Shown: positions 1 to 8,567 of the stretch, in pieces
Layout of the letters: every line of letters begins with the position of its first letter
Numbering within the stretch: position 1 is the stretch's first letter
Source of the DNA: Metallosphaera javensis (ex Hofmann et al. 2022)
GTDB taxonomy: Archaea; Thermoproteota; Thermoprotei_A; Sulfolobales; Sulfolobaceae
Assembly: GCF_022064045.1 (NCBI RefSeq)
Contig: NZ_JAKNCW010000005.1
Location: 126,545 to 150,544 of the forward strand
Direction: 5' to 3'
Length of the DNA: 24,000 bases
The notes under the pieces: generated by a model
What the model was told of the DNA's origin: nothing
Databases searched by the model: none
What the model saw: the letters and a program-made list of their open reading frames with translations, nothing else
Translations under genes and position numbers: made by a program

Positions 1-531
1 CCTAGGGGAAAGACGAGCGATGAGGATTTCGAACTGGAACAGGAACTTCTTGCCTCCGAGAAGGAGATGGCTGAACACCTGATGCTGGTGGATCTGGCTA
101 GAAACGACATAGGAAAGTCCTGCGTCCCCGGAACGGTGAAGGTCCCTGAGTTTGCCTATGTTGAGAAGTATAGTCACGTGCAACATATAGTCAGCAGGGT
201 TGTGGGTACGTTGAGAAAGGATGCAAGTTCCTTGGACGTTCTAAGGTCCATGTTCCCTGCAGGGACTGTAAGTGGTGCTCCGAAACCCATGGCAATGAAC
301 ATAATAGAGATGCTGGAGCCTTATAAGAGGGGGCCTTACGCTGGTGCGGTTGGGTTCATCTCCAGGAATTCGGCAGAGTTCGCAATAACAATTAGAACTG
401 CAATGATTAACAGGGATATACTCCGCATACAGGCCGGGGCAGGGATAGTTTACGACTCGGTGCCTGAGCAGGAATACTTCGAAACCGAGCACAAAATGAG
501 GGCCCTGAAGGTAGCTCTTGGGGTGAGCTAA
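1..531 (+). CDS. trpE: anthranilate synthase component I, C-terminal part (5' end lies outside the window)
   Basis: Frame 1 is open from the window edge. It translates as [36 protein letters not shown], the chorismate-binding-enzyme signature, followed by GTVSGAPK and GAGIVYDS motifs. The TAA stop at 529-531 overlaps the trpG ATG (TAATG). Confidence 0.9.
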   Translation, partial: PRGKTSDEDFELEQELLASEKEMAEHLMLVDLARNDIGKSCVPGTVKVPEFAYVEKYSHVQHIVSRVVGTLRKDASSLDVLRSMFPAGTVSGAPKPMAMNIIEMLEPYKRGPYAGAVGFISRNSAEFAITIRTAMINRDILRIQAGAGIVYDSVPEQEYFETEHKMRALKVALGVS

Positions 532-1112
532 TGGACATAACCTTGATAATAGATAACTATGACAGCTTCGTTTACAACATCGCACAGAGTATAGGTGAGC
601 TTGGAAGTTACCCCCTGGTAGTGAGAAACGACGAGATATCTGTGAGGGGTATCGAGAGACTTAGGCCTGATAGAATAGTGATATCGCCAGGCCCCGGATC
701 CCCAGAGAAGTCAGAGGACGTGGGAATAGTTCCTGAGGTTATCAGAACCCTGGGGAAGAGAATTCCAATTCTTGGAGTCTGCCTGGGACATCAGGCCATA
801 GGTTATACATTCGGAGCTAGAATAAGGAGGGCTAGGGTAATATATCACGGGAAACTCAGCACCGTTGTCAGAACTGGAGAAAGCCCCCTATACACCGGAC
901 TGCCAACTGAGTTCAGGGCAACCAGGTATCACAGCCTGGTCGTGGATAATGTCACCCCTCCTCTAGCGGTTGACTCGGTCTCCAAGGAGGATGGGGAGAT
1001 AATGGGTCTACATCATGTGGAGTATAGGATTTACGGTGTTCAGTTTCATCCTGAGAGCGTGGGAACTACCCTAGGACAAAAAATATTTTACAACTTCCTC
1101 AACAGAATCTGA
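531..1112 (+). CDS. trpG: anthranilate synthase component II (class-I glutamine amidotransferase)
   Basis: 193 aa. Carries GVCLGHQ (nucleophile Cys) and QFHPES (His/Glu of the triad). Start overlaps the trpE stop by 1 nt. Confidence 0.9.
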   Translation: MDITLIIDNYDSFVYNIAQSIGELGSYPLVVRNDEISVRGIERLRPDRIVISPGPGSPEKSEDVGIVPEVIRTLGKRIPILGVCLGHQAIGYTFGARIRRARVIYHGKLSTVVRTGESPLYTGLPTEFRATRYHSLVVDNVTPPLAVDSVSKEDGEIMGLHHVEYRIYGVQFHPESVGTTLGQKIFYNFLNRI

Positions 1113-1114
1113 TA

Positions 1115-1867
1115 ATGCCAAGATATCTTGAAGGATGGATCAAGGAAGTAGTTGAAAATGCCAAGAGGAGACCTTACGTTTCCAGAAGCAGGGAGAAGCC
1201 AGTTCTGCAGATAGTTCCAAGGATAAGGACCACGAAAGAAGCAGGGCTTAACCCGGTGATTGCAGAGTATAAGAGGAAGTCTCCCTCCGGATTTTCTGAG
1301 GATAGGGACCCTGTTTCATACGCCAGGGAAATGGAGAAGGGCGGGGCTGTGGCCATCAGCGTCATTACTGAAAATACTGTGTTTGGCGGATCCTATGAGT
1401 ATCTGGAGAGAATAGCACGGAACGTCAAGATTCCGCTACTCATGAAGGATTTTGTGGTCACGGAAAATCAGGTGGATACCGCATATGACCTTGGAGCCGA
1501 TTTCATTTTACTTATCGTGAGAATTCTCACGGAGAGGGAACTTTCAGGTCTCCTGGAATACGTGAGATCCTATGGAATGGAGGCCTTGGTCGAGGTTCAC
1601 GACAGGGAAGATCTAGATATAGCCTTGAGGTGCGGAGCGAGTCTCATAGGCGTGAACTCAAGGGATCTCCTCACGCTGACGATTCAGAAGGAGATGGCCA
1701 TGAAGCTACTGGAGCAGATGCCTTCAACAGTTACCAAGGTGGCCGAGAGCGGGATAGAGTCCGTGGAGGAAATCAGGTTATTGAAGGAGAAAGGAGCGGA
1801 TGCCTTTCTTATAGGCTCGAGCTTGATGCGTAATCCAGATAAGATTAAAGAGTTTGTTAAGGGGTAG
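1115..1867 (+). CDS. trpC: indole-3-glycerol-phosphate synthase
   Basis: 250 aa with the EYKRKSPSG motif and a TIM-barrel-like pattern (LLMKDF, GVNSRDL, ESGI). Starts 2 nt after the trpG stop. Confidence 0.88.
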   Translation: MPRYLEGWIKEVVENAKRRPYVSRSREKPVLQIVPRIRTTKEAGLNPVIAEYKRKSPSGFSEDRDPVSYAREMEKGGAVAISVITENTVFGGSYEYLERIARNVKIPLLMKDFVVTENQVDTAYDLGADFILLIVRILTERELSGLLEYVRSYGMEALVEVHDREDLDIALRCGASLIGVNSRDLLTLTIQKEMAMKLLEQMPSTVTKVAESGIESVEEIRLLKEKGADAFLIGSSLMRNPDKIKEFVKG

Positions 1868-1880
1868 TAGAAGGGGAAAA

Positions 1881-3071
1881 ATGGAAAATTTCGCAAGTTC
1901 ACTTTCAAGGTTAACCGGAGAGTCAACTCTCCTTTATCAGGAAATAGCTAGGAACGTGGAGAGAACCAAGGGAATAAAAACCATTAACTTTGGTATAGGC
2001 CAACCAGATCTACCTACTCCTCAGAGGATAAGGGATGAGGCTAAAGTGGCACTGGATAAGGGTTTCACTGCATACACTCCAGCACTAGGCCTTGACGAGT
2101 TAAGATCCAAGATAGCGGAATTTCTAACTCAAAGATACGGGGATCAGATCAGGAAGGAGGAGGTAGCTGTTACCCCTGGGGCAAAGACTGCTCTGTTCCT
2201 TGCATTTCTGATGTATGTCAATCCTGGTGACGAGGTGATCATGTTTGATCCATCCTTCTACTCATATGGAGAAGTAGTAAATCTTCTTGGAGGGAAACCG
2301 GTTTACGTACCCCTTCACTTCAACGAGAACACAGGTTTCAGCGTGGATATGAACGAGCTAGTTTCCAAGATAACTCCAAGAACCAAGATGATAGTTTATA
2401 ATAACCCCCACAATCCCACTGGAATGAACTTTAACGATAAACTTGCGAAGGACCTAGTTGATATAGCCAGGGAGAAGAGGTTAATCCTTCTCTCAGACGA
2501 GATTTATGACTATTTCGTCTATGACGGTGGATTCAGAAGCGTGTTGCAGGAATCTTGGAGAGACAATGTGATTTACATAAACGGGTTCAGCAAGACCTTT
2601 AGTATGACAGGTTGGAGACTGGGGTATATTGTGGCACGAAAGGAGGTCATAAATAAGGTGAGTATACTGGCGTCCAACATATATACATGTCCCACAAGTT
2701 TCGCGCAAAGGGGTGCCCTTGCGTCCTTCGATACCTTTGACGAAGTAAAGCATATGATAGACCTGTTCAGGAGGAGAAGGGACGTAATGTTCTCAGAGCT
2801 TAAGACCCTCAAGGGAATCAAGGTTTACAAGAGCTCTGGGGCGTTCTACATGTTTCCAGACGTTAGTGAGATCCTGAAGAGAACTGGAATGGACTCAAAG
2901 GCTCTGGCAGTGAAAATCATTGAGGAGGGCGGAGTAGTCACTATTCCAGGCGAGGTGTTCCCAGAAAAGGTTGGAAGAAACTTCCTGAGACTGAGCTTTG
3001 CCCTAGATGAGGAGAAAATTAAAGAGGGAGTATCAAGGATGAAATTGGCACTGGAGAAACTCACAGGTTGA
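1881..3071 (+). CDS. class-I (fold type I) PLP aminotransferase, aspartate/aromatic aminotransferase family
   Basis: Motifs NNPHNPTG and [13 protein letters not shown] (PLP lysine). ATG 1881 is preceded by AAGGGG. The ORF-track TTG at 1854 would overlap trpC by 14 nt, so I prefer 1881. Confidence 0.8.
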   Translation: MENFASSLSRLTGESTLLYQEIARNVERTKGIKTINFGIGQPDLPTPQRIRDEAKVALDKGFTAYTPALGLDELRSKIAEFLTQRYGDQIRKEEVAVTPGAKTALFLAFLMYVNPGDEVIMFDPSFYSYGEVVNLLGGKPVYVPLHFNENTGFSVDMNELVSKITPRTKMIVYNNPHNPTGMNFNDKLAKDLVDIAREKRLILLSDEIYDYFVYDGGFRSVLQESWRDNVIYINGFSKTFSMTGWRLGYIVARKEVINKVSILASNIYTCPTSFAQRGALASFDTFDEVKHMIDLFRRRRDVMFSELKTLKGIKVYKSSGAFYMFPDVSEILKRTGMDSKALAVKIIEEGGVVTIPGEVFPEKVGRNFLRLSFALDEEKIKEGVSRMKLALEKLTG

Positions 3072-3116
3072 TGAAAAAGTTACGGGTGATCGATGATCAA
3101 AACTCCCATGGTCTGA
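3068..3116 (+). ncRNA. candidate box C/D sRNA (2'-O-methylation guide)
   Basis: Layout is TTGATGA (C, 3068-3074), 11 nt, GTGA (D', 3086-3089), 3 nt TCG, ATGATCA (C', 3093-3099), 13 nt, CTGA (D, 3113-3116). Total 49 nt, exactly filling the convergent gap between the aminotransferase stop and the valS stop. Confidence 0.4.
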
Positions 3117-3117
3117 A

Positions 3118-5544
3118 TCACGCGGGAGATATCTTCACGTCCGGTTGCTCCGCCTCTCTATAGGTTATCTCAGTTATTTTGAGCGTTTTCTTGAGATCAT
3201 CTTCCACTCTCATTAGGTCCTCTAAGAACTGTTTCGGCCCCTGTACCTCCACCTTTATCTGCGAGTTCATGGACATCCTCATCTTCACCTTGTTGGTCCT
3301 CACCAGTGAGTTGAACTTCTTGACAGAGTCTCCCATCCTCACCACATCCTCCGCTACCTTGATGTCATCGGTTGAAGGTAAGCTCTCGAGTAGGACGCTC
3401 TGTTTCTCGCCGAAAATGAGGGAGTAAATTTCCTCCGTTATATGCGGGGCAATAGGATGCAACAGGATAATTATATCCTTAAGTATCCTTCCCAGAGTGT
3501 ATATGGCAGACTTATCATCATTAAATAGCCTATGCTTGATTAGTTCAAGATACTCATCAGCTATGGTTTCCCAGAAGTATTCGTAAAGCATGGAAAGTAT
3601 CACGAAGAAGTCCTGATTTTCGTAGGCTTGAATGGTCTTCTCCACAAACTCCTTGTGCCTAGCCAGTATCCACTGGTCAATGGGGTGTAACATGGCTGGT
3701 CTATCCAGTTTCCTGCCGTGTATGAATGGGTAGGCTAGCCTGCTAGCGTTCCACAGCTTCTGAAGAAGTAACTTCTTTCCCTTGACCGTGTCCCACTTGA
3801 AGGGGAAATCGTCGCCTATGGAGGCGTCAAGCAGGGTCATCCTTATTGCATCAGCACCAAACTCCTCTATCCTGTCCATTGGAGAGACGTTATTACCCTT
3901 ACTCTTACTCATCCTAGTTCCATCTGGGCCCAGAACTTGACCGTGTATTACCACTCTCTTGAAGGGCACATTCCCAGCAAGCATTAGAGTTCTAAAGAAA
4001 GTGTAGAATAGCCAGGTTCTAATGATGTCAGTACCCTGCAGTCTCACATCCGCTGGGAAGGTCTTGTTGAACCTGAGTTTGTTCTCATAAAACCCAGACA
4101 GATAAAGCACAGTCACGCTGGAGTCTACCCAGACGTCAGCTACATGTGTCAATGGTTTCAGTGGAAGTCCACAATGCGGACACTTATCCACGGGTGGATT
4201 GCTCTTGGTGGGATCCACAGGCAACGAGGAGATATCAGCTGGAACCAGATGTAGATTATCGCAGTACCAGAAGGGTAAGGGGGTCCCGTAAAGTCTCTGC
4301 CTGCTTATGTTCCAGTCCCACTCAATGTTATTTATCCATTCCTCAAGTTTACCTGCCATTCTCTGTGGCTTGAAGTTCATTTTCTTATACTCCTCGAGCA
4401 GTCTCCCCTTATAGGGGACAACATCAATGTATACCTGCTCCTTCACCAAGAACTCTATTGGTGAGAGGCAATCACTTCTCTCGGTATGGGATAGGACGTT
4501 ATGCTTTATGGTCTCAATCTTTCTAACATATCCCTTCTCCTTCAATAATTCCACTATCCTCTTCTTAGCCTCCTCCACCTTCAATCCATCCAGAAAGCCA
4601 GTCCCCTTTATTCTCCCCCTCTCGTCCACGAGCTCCGTGACCGGAAGGCTATACTTGAGTTGCCATCTTATGTCCTGGGGATCGCCGTATGTACTTATCA
4701 TCACAGCTCCTGTTCCAAAGTCCTTCTCCACATCCGGATCAGCTATTATCTGAACTTCCTTCTCAAAGAGCGGAAGTATTGCCTTCTTTCCCACGAGGTT
4801 CTTGTAACGCTCATCCTGGGGATTTACGGCAACAGCCTGGGTAGCTCCTAGAAGTTCAGGACGTGTTGTGGCAATGACTATTTCCCCACCTTCCTTCAGG
4901 GGAAATCCAATGTAGACTAGAATACCCTGTTTCTCGAGATATCCCACTTCACTCTGCGCCACTGCAGTCTCGCATTTGGGGCACCAGTACACAGGCCCCT
5001 GTTTCATCCTTATCATTCCCTTCTGATGCATCTCAATTAGACTTCTCTGTATAACTCTCCTGTAGTTTGGGTGGTATGTCCTATACTCAAATTGCTCCCA
5101 GTTGGGCCTATATCCCAGCCTTATCATGGCAGATTTCATTTTTCCTATCATGTCCTCGGTCCATTCCACGCACTTCTTCAGGAACAGCTCCCGGTTCTCC
5201 TTGGGTATCCCAAGCTTGTACTGGACCTTGAGCTCCGTTGGCAGGCCTTGGGTATCCCATCCCTGGGGGAAGAGGACGTTATAACCTTGAAGTTTCTTGA
5301 ATCTGGCCATTGCGTCGGCTATGGTAACCCAGTAGGCATGGCCCATGTGTAGCTCTCCGCTTGTGAACGGGGGAGGGGTATCAATGAAGAAAACAGGCTT
5401 CTCGGAGTTCTCATCAAACTTGAATATCTTTTCCCAGTATTCCTGGGTTAACCAAAGTTTCTGCCATTTGGGTTCAATATCCTTGGGACTATAATGCTTG
5501 GGCCATTCCTCCATTCTCTTTAAAATCTCATCCTGGGACAACAA
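3118..5544 (-). CDS. valS: valyl-tRNA synthetase (class Ia aaRS)
   Basis: 808 aa. N-terminus is IEPKWQKLW...[17 protein letters not shown] (HIGH-type motif) then [12 protein letters not shown]; RMSKSKGN is the KMSKS motif. Length and motifs fit archaeal ValRS better than LeuRS or IleRS. The ORF opens with TTG-TTG; the first ATG is codon 11. Confidence 0.8.
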   Translation of the reverse strand: MLSQDEILKRMEEWPKHYSPKDIEPKWQKLWLTQEYWEKIFKFDENSEKPVFFIDTPPPFTSGELHMGHAYWVTIADAMARFKKLQGYNVLFPQGWDTQGLPTELKVQYKLGIPKENRELFLKKCVEWTEDMIGKMKSAMIRLGYRPNWEQFEYRTYHPNYRRVIQRSLIEMHQKGMIRMKQGPVYWCPKCETAVAQSEVGYLEKQGILVYIGFPLKEGGEIVIATTRPELLGATQAVAVNPQDERYKNLVGKKAILPLFEKEVQIIADPDVEKDFGTGAVMISTYGDPQDIRWQLKYSLPVTELVDERGRIKGTGFLDGLKVEEAKKRIVELLKEKGYVRKIETIKHNVLSHTERSDCLSPIEFLVKEQVYIDVVPYKGRLLEEYKKMNFKPQRMAGKLEEWINNIEWDWNISRQRLYGTPLPFWYCDNLHLVPADISSLPVDPTKSNPPVDKCPHCGLPLKPLTHVADVWVDSSVTVLYLSGFYENKLRFNKTFPADVRLQGTDIIRTWLFYTFFRTLMLAGNVPFKRVVIHGQVLGPDGTRMSKSKGNNVSPMDRIEEFGADAIRMTLLDASIGDDFPFKWDTVKGKKLLLQKLWNASRLAYPFIHGRKLDRPAMLHPIDQWILARHKEFVEKTIQAYENQDFFVILSMLYEYFWETIADEYLELIKHRLFNDDKSAIYTLGRILKDIIILLHPIAPHITEEIYSLIFGEKQSVLLESLPSTDDIKVAEDVVRMGDSVKKFNSLVRTNKVKMRMSMNSQIKVEVQGPKQFLEDLMRVEDDLKKTLKITEITYREAEQPDVKISPA

Positions 5545-5567
5545 TAACAGATCACCGCTAACTAGAA

Positions 5568-5575
5568 TATAAAAA
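5568..5575 (-). promoter_or_regulatory. TATA box candidate for valS
   Basis: The minus strand reads GTTTTTATATTC. The core is centred about 27 nt upstream of the TTG at 5544, which would make the transcript leaderless or nearly so. Confidence 0.35.
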
Positions 5576-5592
5576 CGTGCTTACAAAGAACC

Positions 5593-5600
5593 TTTTATAC
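5593..5600 (+). promoter_or_regulatory. TATA box candidate for the FAD-oxidoreductase gene
   Basis: TTTTATAC is centred about 25 nt upstream of ATG 5621, the spacing expected for a leaderless mRNA. Confidence 0.35.
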
Positions 5601-5620
5601 TTTTCGACAATGTATAGTTG

Positions 5621-6598
5621 ATGTTAAGGGTTGCTATCATAGGTGGAGGGGTGGGTGGATCTCTCCTGGGTTCACTACTTCACGATGCTGGACATGATGT
5701 TACCCTATTCGATATCAAGGAGAGGTACTTCAAGCCCTGTGGTGACATAGTTCCCAATGTCTACAAACCTCCCTTTCCCTGGAAGGTTGAGTATGAGATA
5801 AGGGACTTCGCATTTTATCTGGACGGGGAGAGGATCTATGACGTGAGTTACAGGAGTCCCAAATGGCTTACCATAAACAAGAGCGAATGGATAAACTCCA
5901 TGAGAGCGAAGCTGAGGCAGGTTGTGGGGAACGAAAAACCTAAGCTTGATAACTACGACGCAGTGCTCGATTCCAGAGGTCCCTATCCCATGGATAGGGA
6001 AGTGGTATATACCACAAGGGTAATAATGAAGGTTGAGGATTTTAACCCAGAGGCCATCCTCGAGTTTAACACTAGACTAACTGGATTCTACTGGATATTT
6101 CCAGCGGGGGAAGGTTTACTTAACGTGGGTGCCGGGTTCCTTGAGGAAAAGAACTCAAGGAGGCTTCTCTTGGAATATCTGAGGGAAAGGTTCACAAAGT
6201 ATGAGATCATTGACGTCAGGGGCGCCCCAATATCCATAGGCAAGGTCGTCAAGAAAGAAGGTAGAATAGGGGAGGCCAGGGGACTGGTCTTTCCCCTGAG
6301 CGGGGAGGGAATAAGACCCTCGGCTATCTCAGCTGAAATAGCCTTTAATGCCCTGAATAGGGGAAAGCCTCTGGAGCAGGAATTGGAAAAGGGGCTCTCC
6401 ACCATAGAGTCGAGAATATCCATCCAATCCTTGCTACTTAACTGGTATAGGAAGTCTAACATCTCCATGAGGAGGATAATGTTAAGGCATTTCCTCAGGA
6501 GTGAAATCTTAATAGATGCGTTCCTTGAGGATAAACTTGACTTTCAGGGAATCAAGGAGTCTATGGAGCTGATTAAAAGTGGTGGAATTAGTACTTGA
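5621..6598 (+). CDS. FAD-dependent oxidoreductase, geranylgeranyl-reductase-like family
   Basis: The N-terminal Rossmann dinucleotide motif [17 protein letters not shown]...DVTLFD matches this family. Length about 325 aa. ATG 5621 is preferred over the TTG at 5618. Confidence 0.6.
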   Translation: MLRVAIIGGGVGGSLLGSLLHDAGHDVTLFDIKERYFKPCGDIVPNVYKPPFPWKVEYEIRDFAFYLDGERIYDVSYRSPKWLTINKSEWINSMRAKLRQVVGNEKPKLDNYDAVLDSRGPYPMDREVVYTTRVIMKVEDFNPEAILEFNTRLTGFYWIFPAGEGLLNVGAGFLEEKNSRRLLLEYLRERFTKYEIIDVRGAPISIGKVVKKEGRIGEARGLVFPLSGEGIRPSAISAEIAFNALNRGKPLEQELEKGLSTIESRISIQSLLLNWYRKSNISMRRIMLRHFLRSEILIDAFLEDKLDFQGIKESMELIKSGGIST

Positions 6599-6956
6599 GC
6601 AATCTAAGAGCAAGTCTGGAAAGCACGCGGTGAGGTCCCTGCTATTTAAATGGGATAACGAACCGAAACAACTCAATCCCAAGGGCACAAAGATACCTCC
6701 GCTCTACAAAGATGGAGAGGCCGTTCTGATCAACCTGAAGGAAAAGGGAATATTCATTTACGCAAGGTTTGTCAGGAACCTCAGGGGAAGGGTAAGGGGG
6801 AAGCTGATGGTAATTAAGGACGGAGCTGTGTCCCTGGAGATGAATTACCGAAAGCTAAAACTGAAGAGAATATCAGGCGACGCCAACCTTTACCCCTATG
6901 TTAAGGCAGTAATGGACACGCTCAAAATCCCCATCAAGAGAACTAACCTAAAATGA
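6579..6956 (+). CDS. hypothetical basic protein (Lys/Arg-rich), function unknown
   Basis: 125-codon ORF with coding-like composition and no convincing opposite-strand competitor. It has only GTG starts (6579, 6582, 6630) and overlaps the upstream gene by 20 nt. I recognise no motif. Confidence 0.45.
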   Translation: MVELVLEQSKSKSGKHAVRSLLFKWDNEPKQLNPKGTKIPPLYKDGEAVLINLKEKGIFIYARFVRNLRGRVRGKLMVIKDGAVSLEMNYRKLKLKRISGDANLYPYVKAVMDTLKIPIKRTNLK

Positions 6957-6966
6957 GGGGAATTTC

Positions 6967-7278
6967 TTGTTTGAGGTTCTTTTAGGCGTTCAGACGGATC
7001 CTCAACGTATAAGGGACATCTTCAAGGACATGGTTAAAGTGCTTGAGGGTATATGTGTTCCCGTGAGAATTGGAGCATCCTTCCTCTGTTCTCCTTCCTC
7101 TTCGTCCCTAATCACCGTGTACCTCGCTGAACAGGAAATGAGACCTATGTATCTGGCGTTCAGAATAAAATCCAAGGATTCGCAGGACATCGTGAATTTT
7201 TCAGAGAAGATTAACCTCAAACTGAAGGATTATGGAGTGCACCCAACCCTCATTAACTCGGACTCCACTTCCCTGTGA
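6967..7278 (+). CDS. hypothetical protein
   Basis: 103-codon ORF with a TTG start and coding-like sequence. The antisense ORF 7002-7220 looks like a shadow. The 3' end overlaps the convergent gene by 49 nt. Confidence 0.4.
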   Translation: MFEVLLGVQTDPQRIRDIFKDMVKVLEGICVPVRIGASFLCSPSSSSLITVYLAEQEMRPMYLAFRIKSKDSQDIVNFSEKINLKLKDYGVHPTLINSDSTSL

Positions 7279-7526
7279 ATCTCCTCCGCGGAAGGGTTCG
7301 AGGAGTTCAATTCCACCACGACATTGCATATGACTGCCACTCCGTTCACGGGACAGAGCACTATCTTTCTAATGACCCCGAACTTGGTTTCTATGGTAGC
7401 GTCAAGATATTCAAGTTCCTTGAGTCTCTTTTTGCACGGTATGGAAAGGTCTAGAAAAACTAACCTCTTATCCCCGTCCTTGATAAACGAAACCTTGAAG
7501 TGATTCACGTAAAAATTCTCTATCAT
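7230..7526 (-). CDS. hypothetical protein, second gene of a two-gene cassette
   Basis: 98 aa. Its ATG overlaps the stop of the upstream Zn-ribbon gene (ATGA at 7523-7526), implying co-transcription and translational coupling. Confidence 0.5.
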   Translation of the reverse strand: MIENFYVNHFKVSFIKDGDKRLVFLDLSIPCKKRLKELEYLDATIETKFGVIRKIVLCPVNGVAVICNVVVELNSSNPSAEEIHREVESELMRVGCTP

Positions 7527-7741
7527 ACTGCGGGTACCAATTCAGTGTTGCAGTATGGGCACCTGCCCTTCAAACTTCTCTTATCGGCCTCACAGAAGTA
7601 TGCTCTGTACTTTTTCTCACATTTGGGGCATTTATACACCACGTCTATGCCCAGCCTTAAAGTTCTGTCACATATGGAACAGTAAACCTCAAACCAGCCA
7701 AGATGACCATAAGCGTTAGTTCCCTTCAGTCTCAAGCTCAT
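7523..7741 (-). CDS. small Cys-rich zinc-ribbon protein
   Basis: 72 aa with CSIC, CPKC and CPYC pairs plus an extra Cys in YFCEAD. That is enough for one to two Zn-ribbon knuckle pairs. Confidence 0.6.
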   Translation of the reverse strand: MSLRLKGTNAYGHLGWFEVYCSICDRTLRLGIDVVYKCPKCEKKYRAYFCEADKRSLKGRCPYCNTELVPAV

Positions 7742-7771
7742 TTTTATCGTAGAAGTATGAAGTCTCTCCTG

Positions 7772-7780
7772 TTATAAAAG
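7772..7780 (-). promoter_or_regulatory. BRE/TATA candidate for the Zn-ribbon cassette
   Basis: The minus strand reads GGAAAC-TTTTATAA, centred about 35 nt upstream of ATG 7741. This predicts a leader of roughly 9 nt. Confidence 0.4.
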
Positions 7781-8039
7781 TTTCCGGGTAGGCACGTAGA
7801 TGCTTTGCACAAGATCCATGAACTCAAGGCTAGTCCCGCCTGAAGCTCCTTTAAGCGAATGCCTTTCCACTTGGTTCCTCGTGACCCTATCAACCCTCAC
7901 GTAATTGCTCAATATCCGGATTAAAATCCTCATAATTAACATAATCGATTTTACTATAACAGTGTCTTCTCAGGGTCTTACCAACTGGCTGTAGGAGAAG
8001 TTTAATTACACACATTAACCGTTAATATGATGGGTCAAT

Positions 8040-8567
8040 TTGGATGCTACCATAATCTATTATGATCCAGTTACTGTGCCCGTCTTTCCTGACGTGTCAC
8101 TCGTGGGGGTAAAGTATGAGAGAGAGGAGAAGAGATCGGTGAATTCAGTTGAGGAGATGGAGCAGATAAGTGTGCAGGGAAAAGTCGTCTTAGTGAGGGC
8201 TAAGGGTACAGTATCCCTTAATGTGGGTCTTAATGTGACCTACCCCTTTAGCGAGATAGTTAACGTGAAACGTGTTGGCGTTCCACGTGAATTTGCCAAT
8301 GAGGGAGTGAAAGTTGAGTACAAAGAAGTCCTAGAGCCCTACGGATATGTTGGCATAAACATCAATTTCTCTCCATCCCTTCCCTTCGTTATAGTGGAGA
8401 CGGAACAGGGTAGCAGAATAATCTCCCTCTCCTCCATACAGGACACAAAACCCGAGATTCCAAGAGAATCTAAAACCCCAGAGAAAAAGAGGAAAAGACG
8501 TGTTAAGAAAAGTCGTAAGAGACGCAAGGTTAAGAGCAAGGGTTCTAGAAAGAGTAGAGGAGTTTAG
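8040..8567 (+). CDS. hypothetical protein with an extremely basic C-terminal tail
   Basis: 175 codons. TTG 8040 is the first possible start after the in-frame TGA at 8028-8030; the next in-frame candidate is GTG 8076. The body looks beta-strand-rich. In the last 27 residues, 18 are K or R (KKRKRRVKKSRKRRKVKSKGSRKSRGV). Confidence 0.5.
   Translation: MDATIIYYDPVTVPVFPDVSLVGVKYEREEKRSVNSVEEMEQISVQGKVVLVRAKGTVSLNVGLNVTYPFSEIVNVKRVGVPREFANEGVKVEYKEVLEPYGYVGININFSPSLPFVIVETEQGSRIISLSSIQDTKPEIPRESKTPEKKRKRRVKKSRKRRKVKSKGSRKSRGV

Noticed and set aside
241-585. Long antisense or off-frame ORFs inside confidently assigned genes. Examples are 241-585(-), 1174-1365(-), 1630-1833(+), 2493-3064(-), 3179-5352(+, several), 6088-6468(-), 8331-8657(-), 9482-10399(-), 10731-11364(-), 13024-13739(+), 15152-16006(+), 18503-20075(+) and 22120-22733(-).
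   Set aside because: Each lies fully within, or opposite, a gene with clear family motifs. Their translations are low-complexity (Ser/Leu/Pro/Thr-rich) with no recognisable motif. This is the typical shadow-ORF behaviour.
8027-8091. C-box-like ATGATGG, internal ATGATCC and a downstream CTGA around the start of ORF 8040.
   Set aside because: Box C is imperfect at its last position. No GA-containing D' lies 12 nt downstream. The C'-D spacer is 19 nt, and the element would lie mostly inside a CDS.
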